64,000 nt of DNA from Owenia fusiformis (lineage: Eukaryota): positions 28,954,001 to 29,018,000 of the forward strand of contig CAIIXF020000001.1 in the NCBI GenBank assembly GCA_903813345.2. Reading direction: 5' to 3'. The notes under the pieces are model-generated. The model had not been told where the DNA came from and made no database searches. It saw only the letters and a list, made by a program, of their open reading frames with translations. Positions 43,129 to 56,255 of this stretch are shown piece by piece (within the stretch, counting starts at the first letter, position 1; each line of letters opens with the position of its first letter). Made by a program: the position numbers and the translations under genes.

Positions 43129-44441
43129 TAGGCCAGGATATAGCATGGGTTTTGGGAAGTTCAAGGGCCACTTGATAGACATAATGTTTCTGAAAGATGA
43201 CTTCATTTAGCATCAATTCATATATGTCTGGGTCTTTTTAGTTTGTGGACGAAGGATTCTGAGCAGTTTTACCCACCTAGAATAATATTTCAGGGGGGTA
43301 CTATATTATCATTCTATAAAATCAGTTATGCATTAACTATAGCACTGATTTATACATATTATGTTGCACTACACTGCAGTCAAGTGTTTCCCAAAGTTAT
43401 AGGGAGATATGTTGATCGGTTTTGACAAAAACACAATTTATAGTAATAAATAAGCATATTTTCATTCGTTTTTTAGTCTCGCCAACTTTATTGTTGCAGC
43501 TTCAGAGAAATAATTGGCACCAATACTGCTTTAAGAAGTAATCTAAAATTATTTCCAATCTATGTGGGGGGGAATTGTAATATAAAGAATGTAATGATTC
43601 AATACTATTTGGAATTTTAAATATGGCTTTGTTGACCCCTACCCCTTAGAAATATGAGAAAGTGAAGGTGGCACAATTAGATCAGAAATTCTATAATGAG
43701 TACTAATACTTCTCCAAGTAGCATTTTAAAAATGTATGTGTGATATGTAGAGGTAATTTAATGGGAGGGATGGAATATGAATTTTATTCTGAGGGAAAAT
43801 ATGATATTGGCCGAGGAAAACATCATATTGACTGAGGGCAATAGCCCGAGTGTTAATATGATAGTTCTCGAGGCGAATAAAATAAATAAAATTCATATTC
43901 CACCAACACCATCAATAGCCTATTTATTAAATTGTTTTTTCTGAAATATAAAAATCAAGAGAAATCCCCGGGAATGGTTCTGATATAGGATCTGATATGT
44001 GATTTAGGCTGATACAGGATCCAATACGGGATCTGATATATAGGAATAATAGAAATCTAGCTATAATATGGGATCTTTTGAATATCAATTCTCTTCCCTG
44101 TTTATTTCCCAGGGAAAACATGCTATTTTGGAATTATATAATTTTGTAATGATCAACTGTTTTTTTTTAATTTTCTGGATGCCTTTGTTTGTCTAAAGGG
44201 TCATTTCTTCATGTGAAATTCTTGTTTTTATATTTTTCTTTTTCTAAAATGTTATCAAGAATTTCTCTTTATAAGTCAAGGTCTTACGATTCTTATTCAG
44301 ATGCATCAGTCTGCATTTGTATGCTCATTATTTCATTTAATATATCCTTAAAAGTACAATAATTTACATCCCAATGATGCCTTGAAGCATGAGCTCTGTC
44401 TAGTCCAGCATAGCTTACCCAGGCAGGCACATGTGCATTTT

Positions 44442-46182
44442 CACGGTGTTATAGCATGACAGATACGACAAGGCAATTGGCCAAATTTTGCGGTAACGAT
44501 AACAAAAAATGGCGGACGGGAAAGACAGCATGTCCTCTTTTTCGCCTGTAGGCAAGATTCACAGATAAGCTTTCCTTTTCAACTAGTTCCATTCGGTGAT
44601 GCATATGTGAATGGTTATAAAGATTGAGTTAAATCTGTCGTGTGGTCTACAAGAAGCAGAATATAAGCTGTAAACCTACCCAGCTGAGATTTCGAAGTTC
44701 ATAATTTTTAGTCATTTTTCGTGTTTTCTCAGTATATGTGCCTCAGAGCCACTCAAAATATTAACTGTACGTAAACTGAGTATAAACAAGCCATAAAATG
44801 ACAAATGCAGAACAGAAATGTGGTAAATATTGTAGATAATAAGGTTTCAATCGCAAGGTCGTTAGACAGATACGTATGTATTGCATGCTTTTTTATGGAC
44901 AGCAACGCATTGTATTAGTTTTACATTAGATGTTAGCGGACGGTTACATGCAAGTTCCTGTCAAGTCAAGGTCCCTAGATGGATAGCTCTCTATGTGTGA
45001 ACTGCCTATATTTGTTTTCAGGACTCGCAAGAGACGCTCTTGCTTGAGCCTCTATAGGGCAAGGAAAAAATAGCGAAAGCCAATGAAAGTGAAAATGATT
45101 GTAATGAAGAGGCAAAGGAAGAAATTAGTAACAACGAACAGGCGACGGAAGAAAACAACTCCAAATTAATTGATGATGTCATGAGTGACATTAGACATAT
45201 ATTACCATTATTACAAATCATATTCAGCTGTTTATGTCACCATCTTCATAATAGTACAATAACGTCATTTCTGCGGGCAATATAGTGAAATATTGGACCA
45301 AGGGCCGCAGGCCCAAGGTCCAATATTTCACTATTTTGCCCGCAGAAATGACGTTATTACCATTATTACCACCGTTAATGCCCAGGGCTGAAATAGCAAA
45401 TTTGAAATAGAAAATCTTACGCACTGAACGATATCACTTTTCCCGGGAAACATAGCCGGGTGGATCATATCATTATTGCCCGACTAAAGTCATTAACGCC
45501 CGACACAATATTGCTCACGTCAATATAGCAATTTAAATGCCTTCTCAACTAGTACTAAAACCCCTAGAACAGGCCCTGCAAGGTGGTAATAATACGATTT
45601 CATCTATTATAGCTTACAAAACTCAAATCCGGTTGAAAAACATTTCAATTTTGGATCACAAGCGATATGAAATGATTCGGTTTTACATATATGAATGAGG
45701 TTCGCGTAACTGTCTATCAATTTTTGGCGTATCCGCAAATTCAAAATACATTATTATGGCTTGAGTAGAACATATTAAGTGGTTTACAATGCTTAATATT
45801 GGCTTTGTATGATCGTGTGTAGGTTACATTTATATACACCAAGGTTGTTGCGCAATGTAGAGCATGCCCTAACGAGGAAAAGAAACAAATTACTAAATTT
45901 TATGAAATTTTGAATTTCAAACTCGACAGTTTTTCGCTTATTTCATGTTATCCATGGGCGTCGATTTGCAAAGACTACGTTCAAAATAAACATTACTGAA
46001 TGCATCACCGAATGCGACGCTTACATAAATCTTTCATGCTTTTATTGATACGCAGTAGTAGAACATAATGCACCTACCTTAGCTTTCTGTTTCATCGTGG
46101 CCATTTTATTGGATAAATCAGTGATCGCATTCGACTAACCTCGTTTTCAGAGGTGGCGTATCTGTCATGCTATAACACCGTG
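44442..46182. mobile_element. TIR element with CAC termini and 5-bp TSD (Transib-like)
   Basis: Perfect 26-bp TIR CACGGTGTTATAGCATGACAGATACG; ATTTT duplicated at 44437-44441 and 46183-46187. Confidence 0.85.
45258..45358. repeat. ~100-bp near-perfect hairpin, within a Crypton-like interspersed repeat (~45198-45594)
   Basis: AATAACGTCATTTCTGCGGGCAA..GGACC / GGTCC..TTGCCCGCAGAAATGACGTTATT. Confidence 0.8.
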
Positions 46183-47257
46183 ATTTTATCAGCTAAGGGA
46201 TTCCTTCCAGGGGGAACAGGTAATTGCTATTGAGTCTATGCTGTCAATCTTAAAACTAAATATAGTTTAATAGGGAGTAGCCATATCAGCATCTTCCATA
46301 CCCCCCCCCCCCCCATAATCATTCAATAGGGACAATTGACGTTACATACTTATTCAAATAGCACTCCTAAATGCACTGTTTACCACTGAAGGAATCCTAC
46401 AGTTGATTAAATTCACATGTGACTCTAAACTGGACCTTTACCCATGAAAGAATTCTCACTCGGGAAGTTCAGCTGCATCTTTGAGGATGCGTTGTAGAGC
46501 TGTAAGCTGTTTGTGCTTCCGAGGAAAATTCTTATATGATTTATTCATGAAGGGATTATATATTTTATTTGTTTACCCCCCTGTCCCACTCCGTTCATGA
46601 GTATATACTCAGTTACTCCAAAAGTAGTTCATAAAGCAAACCTTTTAAAGCCATGGCAAGATTCTACAGTTGATACATTTCACCCGTTTCTCTGAGGGTT
46701 AAGAAACTGTATAATGTTTGTGGTTTGTGCTCCCAAGGAGAATTTTCATCTACAGTTGTACCTTAACCTCCCCTCACCCCATCCATTAACAAAGGAGGAA
46801 AATTCTTATATGACTTATCCCTCCCCAATTCATCGATAGAGGATGGCTGATGGTCATGATGGCTGATGGTCATGATGGCTGATGGTGCTCCCAAGGAGAA
46901 TTTTAATCTACCTTAACCTCCCCCTCACCTCATTCATTAACAAAAGGAGATGTTAAATGTCTCCACCTGCCATTTGATACAGATGTCGACCATTGACTGC
47001 CAACCCTCTAACACCATCCACAAAATACTATAACAAAAGGAGATAGTCACTTATTCCAAAAGTATTTCTAATAACATAGCCATAAAGAGATTCTACAGTA
47101 GATAAAGTTCACATATACATATGTACCTCTGAGGGTGGTGTGTGGAACTGTTTACAGTTTGTGCTTCAAAAGGGAAATCGTAATATGACTTATAAAGCTT
47201 ATATATACTACCTCAGAGGGTCATGTTTGGAACTGTAAACAGTTTTTGCTCCCAAGA

Positions 47258-47992
47258 AAAGGGATAGGTATCATTATGGTGAACTGAATTCAACAATGTT
47301 TTTCTCTTGAACCAATTATTGAAAACATTCTGTAAAAAACACGGTCATTTATGTAATTTTGACCGATTGGCAACAATTGAATGCAAAAATTATTTATATA
47401 TATTTTATATAACTGTTTTTGTTAACATTTTTTGTTTTTTTAGTGCAATTGCTTTTTGTTCCTTTCTACCAATTCTTGAGAATAAAATGAAATGTCTCTC
47501 CGAACCTTGTTGGAACAAAATAGCATATACAACATTTTCTTAGACCTCTCAATGTTATAGTGATACAAAGGAAATTTTGGTTGATTTTACAATAAGTATG
47601 CAAAAACTTTTACAAAACCCCCCCAAAATAGATAAAAATTAAGTTCAACCTTTAATTTCATTAACAAGATACCATAATATCAACCAAACCTTCCTTTGTA
47701 CGATTACAATATTGAGAGACCACACGTTGTGTTTATGTTGTTTTGTTCCAATGAGGTTCGGATAGATGTTTCATTTCATTCCGAACATATGATACCAAGA
47801 ACAAAAGAAGCGTCCCATGTGTTATCTAAAACAATATAAAGAAAAGTATATAAATATATTTCAAATTATAATGTTACCATACAAAAGATAACCATTAAAT
47901 TGACGATGTGTAAAATTTTCAGAATGTTTTGATGACTGGTTTAAGAGAAACATGTATTCAAAAAGTTCACCATATCGATACCACTCCTTTGA
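47258..47992. mobile_element. Degenerate TIR element
   Basis: GGTATC..ATGGTGAACT / AGTTCACCAT..GATACC with further inverted similarity inside. Confidence 0.55.
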
Positions 47993-50052
47993 AGATGACT
48001 TAACCTCCTTCTACTCCACTTTATCCATGAGCAAAAGGAGAAAGACAGAAATGATTGTTCAGAAGTATTTCTTATAATATTCCTTTTATATCTAAAAATG
48101 ATTCTACAATAGATAAAGTTTGCATGTACCTCTGACTCTGAAGAAACTCCGAATGACTCCCCCTCCCTCCATTTTATTCAATTAATAAGGGAAAAGGACT
48201 GGACTTTTCTCACTTATTCCAAAATTATTTCTTCAAATATCCCCTTTACCCATGTGCAGTTGAGCATAATTCAAAGGTTTGCGTGAGACCCCCACATGGG
48301 AAGTGGTGGAGGTTTTGACAAAACAAAGATTGAGCTGTCAAACTCAAATCATGGGAGTAACCTATTGAGTCAACTTCCCCACCCTGGAAGCAATAATAGA
48401 GAGTCAAATATAGTGAAAATTCCTATTATTAACAATATACTTTTGAAAATCTCTACTCTCAGAACTCTTTGAATGGTGCATAATATTTGAGAATGTATAA
48501 TGTTCATGTTCACTAGGAAAATTCTAATTATGTCAAACTTTACATCGTGCACTCTATATTAATAGGCATTCTTAGCATGTACATTATTTTCTTTCGGCCC
48601 ATATCTTTCAGCCCATAAATTCCCATCCTCTAGGTCTATATATAAACACTGTAACAGGCTTTTGACCCAAGAAATTTGTGTGTTATGACATTTGAGAAAC
48701 ATATTCTTGAAGAAAATAATATACAAAGCAGGACATAAGTAGTCATCATAGAATTTTTGATCCAATTGTGCCACCTCCGCGTTCTTGTATTTCTAAGGGG
48801 TAGGGGTCAACAAAGCCATATTAAAAATACAAAATAGTACTTTATCATTACATTGCTTATATTACAATGTCACACATAGCATGGAAATGATATTTGAATA
48901 CTACTTGGAGCACTATAACTGCCTATTATTTCTCTGAAGCTGCAACAATAAAATCAGTAAGACTAAAAAGGGGTAAGGGGTAGGGGTCAACAAAGCCATA
49001 TTAAAAATACAAAATAGTACTCAATCATTACATTCCTTATATTACAATGTCACACATAGCCTGGAAATGATTTTTGATCACTACTTGGAGCACTATTACT
49101 GACTATTATTTCTCTGAAGCTGCAAAAATAAGATTGGTGAAAATAAAAAGATAACGAAACTATGCTTTTTATTTCCATAAATTATATTTTCTCCCAAACC
49201 AATCAGCATATCTCCCTATAACTTTGGGAAACACTTGACTACAGTGCTAGCATCATAATATGTATAAATCAGTGCTATAGTTAATGTATAACTGATTTTA
49301 TAGAATGATAATATAGTACCCCCATGAAATATTATTTTAGGGGTGTAAAACTGCTCAGAATCCTTCGTCCACAAACTAAAAAGACCCAGACATATATGAA
49401 TTGATGCTAAATGAAGTCATCTTTCAGAAACATTATGTCTATCAAGTGGCCCTTGAACTTCCCAAAATCAATGCTATATCCTGGCCTATTTTGTTCCAAG
49501 GACCATTGTTGAATGGAATAAGCTTGATGAGACTGTAACCAGCCTATCAGTAGAACTCTTTAATAAGAGAAAATAAGGACTATCTAATAAGGACTAAACC
49601 ATTTAAAGTAACACAAATTATCTCAATCTACCTCTTGAAATGGATTACTTTTTGGATAACTTTTATCTGAATTCCAATGCAAATTGGATAAATCTTGGGG
49701 ATTCCCCCTCATAATCCTCGGATTATACGAATTCACCAAATATGCCAAATATTTATCAGATTGTAGTAATCAATGATTTATCCCAAAAGATAAAATTTAT
49801 CCGGATTGGATTGGGGATCGTACGAATTCACTGCCCCTGGAGATAATATATTATGATTATACTGATTTCACTATAGGTAACCTAGGTTGCCGGAGGACAT
49901 AGAACATACTGGTAAGTAGAGACAACTATGTGCATAGGCTTCTCTTGAAAGCCCATGGTACGTGGTAATAGCAAATCATTTTCTTATTGTAGGAAGTCAG
50001 ACTTATAAATGGAATATTGACTCCGACTTTACATTTCGTGACAAATAGGCTG

Positions 50053-52055
50053 CCCTTAAGAAAAAAGCCATGGTAACCATGGTATTCCATGGTGCGTCCA
50101 TGGTAATCCATGGTTTTCCATGGAAATTCATGGTTTTTCATGGTATTTTCCATGGAAATTCATGGATACCCATGGTTATCTTCCATGGATATTTACCATG
50201 ATTTTCCGTGGTAATTGGTGGTTTGGTAATTGTTTTTTCATGAACATGCCATGTTTTTACCATGACACTTGAGTTGTAAAATCAACAATTTTGGCAGGTT
50301 TTGTTTTTACCAAAATCTTCAAAATTGAATCAATATTTTAACGAATGAATCCAAGCTGGATTGAGAATTAGTCTCATTAATCATAGATAAAAGAATATGA
50401 CACCCCCCCCCCCCCCACCCCAAAATCTTTGAGAAAGTCAACCTTCTTGACAAAAGCTGGTTTCAGGCCTGAAATACACCATGTTTTTACAATCTGAATA
50501 TATGTTTAGTACATTCTGTACATAGTGTCATATGACAAAGAACTGTTTACTTAATATTTTTTTAATTGATGATTTGACCCCACAATTAAAAGTAATAATT
50601 TGTTTGCTGGGATTTGCTATCATTTAACTTTGGCACTTATGTAAAAAAAGACAAAATAAGTGATAAAATCAGCTAACTGGATTCCCTTATTGCAGACTGA
50701 ATAAACATTTTTACTTGGAGTAAATCCTATTTGGTTTTATTTGATCAACAATGAGTTTTTGACTTGCACTGTCTACACTCACAGACAATAATAATTACTG
50801 AAGAGGGAGCATTAGAAAGAGTAAGATTATCATATATAATAACAATTAAGATCAGAATATTTAAGAATTATGCAAATGAACTCTTATAATCTGTTGTAAA
50901 GAGATTAATCTTTTGACATTAATTTGAGAGTTAAGACACCTAATTAACATAGAATAATGGCAACCAAATATTTAAAAATTATGCAAATGATTATTTATTC
51001 CTATTCAAAGACAAATCAATTTTAATTACTTATACTATGTCTTGTGTTTAATCCCCCATCTCAATTTCAAGTCAAAATTCTGTAAAAGTATATACTTTTC
51101 TGTGGATTTTTTCAGATAATTGCTTATAAAAGTTGAATGGGACTTAATTTGGAGAAGTTCATTTAGAAACATAATGTATTATTCATTTTTCTGCTTCCAA
51201 AAGACCAAACAAATAGCCCATGGAAAACCATGGACTTTCAAAAGATCAAAAGAATAATCATGGAAAACCATGGCTTTTGATTGCACTTTCCAAAACATCA
51301 AAGAAATAACCATGGAAAAGCATGGCTTTCGATTGCAATCAACCGTCTTCCATGGCTTTTGATTGCAGTTTTCTCAACTTCAAAGAAAAAAACCATGGTT
51401 TTTGATTGTATTCTCAAATGTACAAAATGTAATTTAAGAAAATGAGTTATTTATTTCTTAAATTACTTCATATTGATTTTTAAAACTGAAAATTAAAGAA
51501 AGTATTGAAATAAAACAGAGCTTGGGCTAGTTTGACTTAATCTTTTTCAAAGGAAAGAAGTGTTTGGCCTAAAAAATAAGCAATCTCTATCTAGTCTTGA
51601 TCTACACAAAAGACCTTTGCACAATTGTTTTTGAAATCTTGTGGCCTACTCTCTGCTCTGCTGTTTCACATATTTTCTCATTTGTAAGCTGAGTCTAACA
51701 TTCGATGAATGTTCTTGCTATACCTTCAAAATGAAATGTCCACCCTTTTTTCTCAATGATAAGTCTCAGTCTAACTGGGATATATCATCAAAACATTCAT
51801 TTTGGAGATTTGGGTAAATACAAATCCTACCAAAATTGTTGATTTTACATCTCCATGACACATCCATTAAAAACCAATTACCAAACCAACAATTACCACG
51901 GAAAATCATGGTAAATATCCATGGAAGATTACCATGGGCGTCCATGAATTTCCATGGAAAATAACATGGAAAACCATAAAATTTCCATGGAAAACCATGG
52001 ATTACCATGGGCGCACCATGGAATACCATGGTTACCATGGCTTTTTTCTTAAGGG
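50053..52055. mobile_element. EnSpm/CACTA-like non-autonomous element
   Basis: CCCTTAAGAAAAAAGCCATGG ... CCATGGCTTTTTTCTTAAGGG, TG on both flanks, ~300-bp arms rich in CCATGG repeats. Confidence 0.85.
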
Positions 52056-52101
52056 TGAGCTTAGAGCTTTCTTGCCAAGAAAATGATAAAAAATACGGAG
52101 T

Positions 52102-53663
52102 GGCTCCAGGACCGACAATTGTCGGTACTGGAGACTGTCCAGGGGTATTTGCTGGGGTACCGACAATTGTCGGCACTCTATCGTCACCTAGTAGTGCCAG
52201 ATAGAGAGCCGACAATTGTCGGTACGCAAGTGCCTGCTACGTGTTTTTGCTAGAGGGCCGACAATTTCATTAATAAATCCACTACTTTTACTTTTAGAAA
52301 TAACCTCATCACTGGTAGCCTAGTGGTTAGCGAGCACGACTCGAACACACTCGGTCCCGAGTTCGAATCCCGGCAGGACCTGTTTTTTTCTTTTGAGGGG
52401 GGGGGGCGGCATAGTGCTTCTTTTGCAGTATGGAATCGTACAGGCATTAGCTTGTAGTGAGCCATAATTTATTTCGACAAATATTGATTCAACTTTCATC
52501 AAAATTGTCCTACAGCTTCAATTAAAAAACATTTTAAAGCTCTTTCTTGTTCTATCTAATGGGTCAATATATACAGTTAGGGGAGGGGATGCTTTCGCCC
52601 CCGTCGCTCTCTACCCTTACTACGCCATGGCACGGGAAAAATATCTCATTTGGAATATATCACTGTTTACTTTGCGTTTGGTAGCTCTCTCATGCGAGAT
52701 GGAAGGTGGCCATTAACTAAGGGAGCCAAATGCAACTTCCATCAAAAATTGTGCTAAGGTATGATTACCGTAATCCAATACCAAATTCGAAAATTCATAA
52801 CAATACTTTGCACATATGGCGTTCGTGACCAACTATGAAACGCTTACCCCCCATAGTGTTATATATCGAAATGCACCTGTCCATATAGGGGTTCGATTGA
52901 CCTACATCAAATTATAGGGAGTCAGGTTACTTTTTGAGATATCAGCGTCCGTTTATTGTAACTCGCTTTGCTACCACTTCCTCAATTCTGATTTGACGGG
53001 CAAACGCGTAGTAAACATGATCACGTTCGGAACTATTTTGACCTACATCGCAATTTTCGTAATTCAAATGAAAATTGAACTCCTCTTTATTTTGATACCG
53101 AATAGTGGCATACTAGGTACCCTAGAAGCCAACTATGGGTTATTTAGAACGGATACCACAGGTTTTTAAATGGACTATATAGGGGTCATACCTTTTGGCG
53201 GATGGATATGGAACCTCATACCATAAGCTTCAAATAAAAAACATTCTAGCTATTTTCTTCTATCTAATGGGTAGCAAACGCCCCTTTCTACGCCTGATCG
53301 GCTCAGGAGAAACATCCTGTCTGTTTAGAATATAACTTACTTGTTCATGTTTTTTATTGGGTTTTCAACGTTTACTACCATTCCCTGTTCCCGGGCTACC
53401 ATTTTTTGACTGGGTTTGGTAATCCCCGGGTAACCGGGGCTAATGCCCTCCCCGGGTTTTGCACTTGTTCCCAAAATATCCGTATGATATCTGAAATATC
53501 CCCCCGCGCATTGCGCATGCTCCAGAAAATTCGAAAATCAATATTTGTCGGTCCTCTAGCGTGTAAACACAGCATATCTCCCGTACCGACAATTTATTTG
53601 TCGGTCCTCTAGCGTGCCACCACATTAGAGTCTAGAGTACCGACAATTGTCGGTTCTCTAGCC
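52102..53663. mobile_element. TIR element with repeated CCGACAATTGTCGG palindromes
   Basis: GGCTCCAGGACCGACAATTGTCGGTACT ... AGTACCGACAATTGTCGGTTCTCTAGCC; no clear TSD. Confidence 0.75.
52310..52380 (+). pseudogene. tRNA-derived sequence (pseudo-tRNA / SINE head)
   Basis: A box TAGCCTAGTGG and B box GTTCGAATC at tRNA spacing; poor acceptor and anticodon stems. Confidence 0.6.
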
Positions 53664-53894
53664 TTTACGTAAAAAATAAGTAGGGCCTATCAGAACAATA
53701 AATATCAAAGAACAGCATACAACGGTCGGATTTATATGACTAACCAAAATGAAGAAGAATGATTATGGGGGCTATGTTTCTTAGTTTTTAGCCTAGACTT
53801 GATTTAATTGACGTAGGAAAAAGAAAAAACAAAACAACAACTGACAAAACATTAACAGGATAACTAACCAAACCCGTCTGGCCCAGTAATCTAC

Positions 53895-54992
53895 TAGAGG
53901 CTGACGGTAATTCCGGTTATACGGTTTCGGTACGGAATTGAGCATTTACCGGTATTGAAATTATTAACCGGTTAACCGACGATAATCCCCGGGGAAATAA
54001 AAGACACGTTATTTTTTTTAATTATTTCGTTTAATTTCCACTTTCACGATGCGTACATTTACATAGACATTGAGATGTCCATGTTTGGCAGTTCAGGTGT
54101 GATTTCCATGTTTGGCAGTTCAGGTGTGATGTCCATGTTTGGCATTTCGGGTGTAGTAGCTTCAGGCTCAGATTTGGTTATAGTTTGGCAGTTCTGGTGT
54201 AGTTGTAGTGTCAACGTCAGATCCAGAAACTGAATTATGTTTGTAATAGTCATTTACGAACAACAAGGCATTGACAACCTCATGTTGTAGTCGTGCCCGT
54301 TTGGAAGTAATGGTGTTGCCAGCTGCACTGAACTGACGTTCACTTGACACGGATGACACCGGGAGTTTTGGGTTTTGTTAAAATTTATTTTACCTACCCC
54401 ACCACAGGCCTGTCAACTTGGGAACAACTTACATGAGTGACTTGGAAATGTTGAACACCTCCCCGCAAAATGTGGACACCTTGGTCCAAATCTGAACACC
54501 TTGATCCAAATTTTGAACACCTTGGTTTAAATTTTATTACATCTTGCCAAATTTTGAACACCTCAAATTTTTCTGTCACGCAAAAATAACTGGCGTGACT
54601 TCAAATTCTTCAGCAAATGCGTGACAAATACGCAAAATGCGGGACAGTTGACAGGCCTGCCACCACCATGTATACTGCACGTCGCTTGCTATTGATACAG
54701 TTGAGAAATGGTTTGAAATGTGTAATACATTTAATTTAAAACTAACATACATCATGGCTTGATTCGTAAGATAGTTACATACTATTTCGTGAAGTTCATC
54801 AGTATGGGTTCAAATCGGTCTTGCACCATGTATGCATATAGACTTGAGAAGCTACGGAGAGAGTTAGGAACAAAGTGGGGGTGGCAGCGCATTGGCATTT
54901 TATCTTACATATTTTTACCGGTATTTCGGTAACGGTACGGTTATTAACGTGACGGTTACCGGTACTGGTTTTCAGTACCGTTGCGACCTCTA
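53895..54992 (-). mobile_element. Deleted hAT transposon with dimerisation-domain remnant
   Basis: TAGAGG...CCTCTA, exact 8-bp TSD TAATCTAC; SSVSSERQFSAAGNTITSKRARL at ~54250-54359 (hAT C-terminal SERxFS motif). Confidence 0.88.
54405..54659. mobile_element. Small MITE nested in the hAT element
   Basis: 14-bp TIR CAGGCCTGTCAACT; CCACCA on both flanks. Confidence 0.8.
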
Positions 54993-55096
54993 TAATCTAC
55001 TCCCGATTCTGAATTGTCGTAGATCTACGAGTACGGGAGTAGATAACTGGGCCAGACGGGTTTGGTTACAGGATAAGGAAGAGCAAAGGTCAATAT

Positions 55097-55128
55097 TTAC
55101 TCGAGTCTCTAGCTTTGGACCGAAGTAA
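55097..55128. mobile_element. 32-bp minimal derivative of the 33248-33718 MITE
   Basis: TTACTCGAGTCTCTAGCTTTGGACCGAAGTAA flanked by exact GTCAATAT repeats. Confidence 0.8.
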
Positions 55129-55668
55129 GTCAATATCATGATGAATATGTCTGTGTACAAAACTACATGGCAACGTATAGATCTACTTACGGTAGTTTGT
55201 ATATAATTACTCCAACCATCAGAACATCACACCTGTATATATAACTGTATTAGACAAAAACAAGTCCGTATCGCTGGTGTAGAACAGAATAGGACACGTG
55301 AAAGTGCTTCTCCTAATCAATTGCTTTTTCTTAGAATTTCGGCCGTGTACTGAACGAAAACCGGGAACCCCGGGGTTGTACTAAATACCACCTAGGTGCC
55401 CCACACCTAGGTGTCCCCATTGAAATACCTTACTGGCATATTTTACCATAACCAAACCCGTCTGGCCCAGTAATCGGGTGCACCCCAGTTCTCCGAAACC
55501 CAGTTCTCCGAAACCCAGTTGTCCGAAACCCAGTTCTCCGAAACCCACTTGTCCGAAACCCACTTGTCCGAAACCCATCACTCCGAAAAATATAGTCATA
55601 ATTTACCAGAGAAAGGGGAGACGTACTAAGCTTAGGCCAGTTTCATGCCATGTATTTGGCCAAATTAA

Positions 55669-56072
55669 GGTACAGCTGGAAAGTAACATTTTGGTAAAAA
55701 ATTGCTATACCTGCACATGTTATTTTCTGGTACAAAATAAAGTATGAAGGCATGTATCAATTTCCTTGCTTTTTTCAGGAAAGTATCATTACATTGTCTT
55801 CTTTTAGAATATCTGGTAGGCGTTCAAAGGGAACTCCAGGGAATTCTGATATTTCACACTTCCTGTTTTTCCAAATTTTCTTTCAAAGTTTCCAGACAAC
55901 ACAGGAGCTACCATTGACCTGTTTCCAGGTTTACTAAAAGTAGACAGTGTAATGATACTTTCCTGAAAAAAGCAAGGAAATACACACATGCCTTCATACT
56001 TAATTATGTACCAGAAAATAACATGTGCAGGTATAGCAATTTTTTACCAAAATGTTACTTTCCAGCTGAACC
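55669..56072. mobile_element. Foldback MITE with TTAA TSD (Kolobok-like)
   Basis: TTAA|GGTACAGCTGGAAAGTAAC ... GTTACTTTCCAGCTGAACC|TTAA, ~140-bp arms. Confidence 0.88.
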
Positions 56073-56255
56073 TTAATGGCATGGACGCATTCTGATGTTC
56101 ATAGATCTCTCTCTCTCACTTTGAATTGCATCCATTGCACGCGTTACCAGAATGGCAGGAACGGGGGATTTATTTTACATTGTGATTCTAAAAAAAGGTT
56201 ATCAAAACACAATATATATTACGGAACAGTTTATCTTATCTTCTTCAATCTCTTT

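Larger units (their letters stand above)
43129..49488. mobile_element. 6.36-kb long-TIR element, Academ-like, non-autonomous
   Basis: TAGGCCAGGATATAGCAT ... ATGCTATATCCTGGCCTA, ~520-bp inverted arms, TTT flanks, splits a LINE remnant. Confidence 0.85.
53865..55068. mobile_element. ~98-bp hairpin MITE, split by hAT insertion
   Basis: TAACCAAACCCGTCTGGCCCAGT arms; flanks CAGGATAAC / CAGGATAAG; another left arm at 55449. Confidence 0.8.

Noticed and set aside
51766-52215. 149-aa ORF (and 55381-55747 ORFs)
   Set aside because: They run across subterminal repeats of adjacent transposons; no coherent protein.
52310-52380. Functional tRNA gene
   Set aside because: A and B boxes are present but acceptor and anticodon stems pair poorly, and it is embedded in a transposon.
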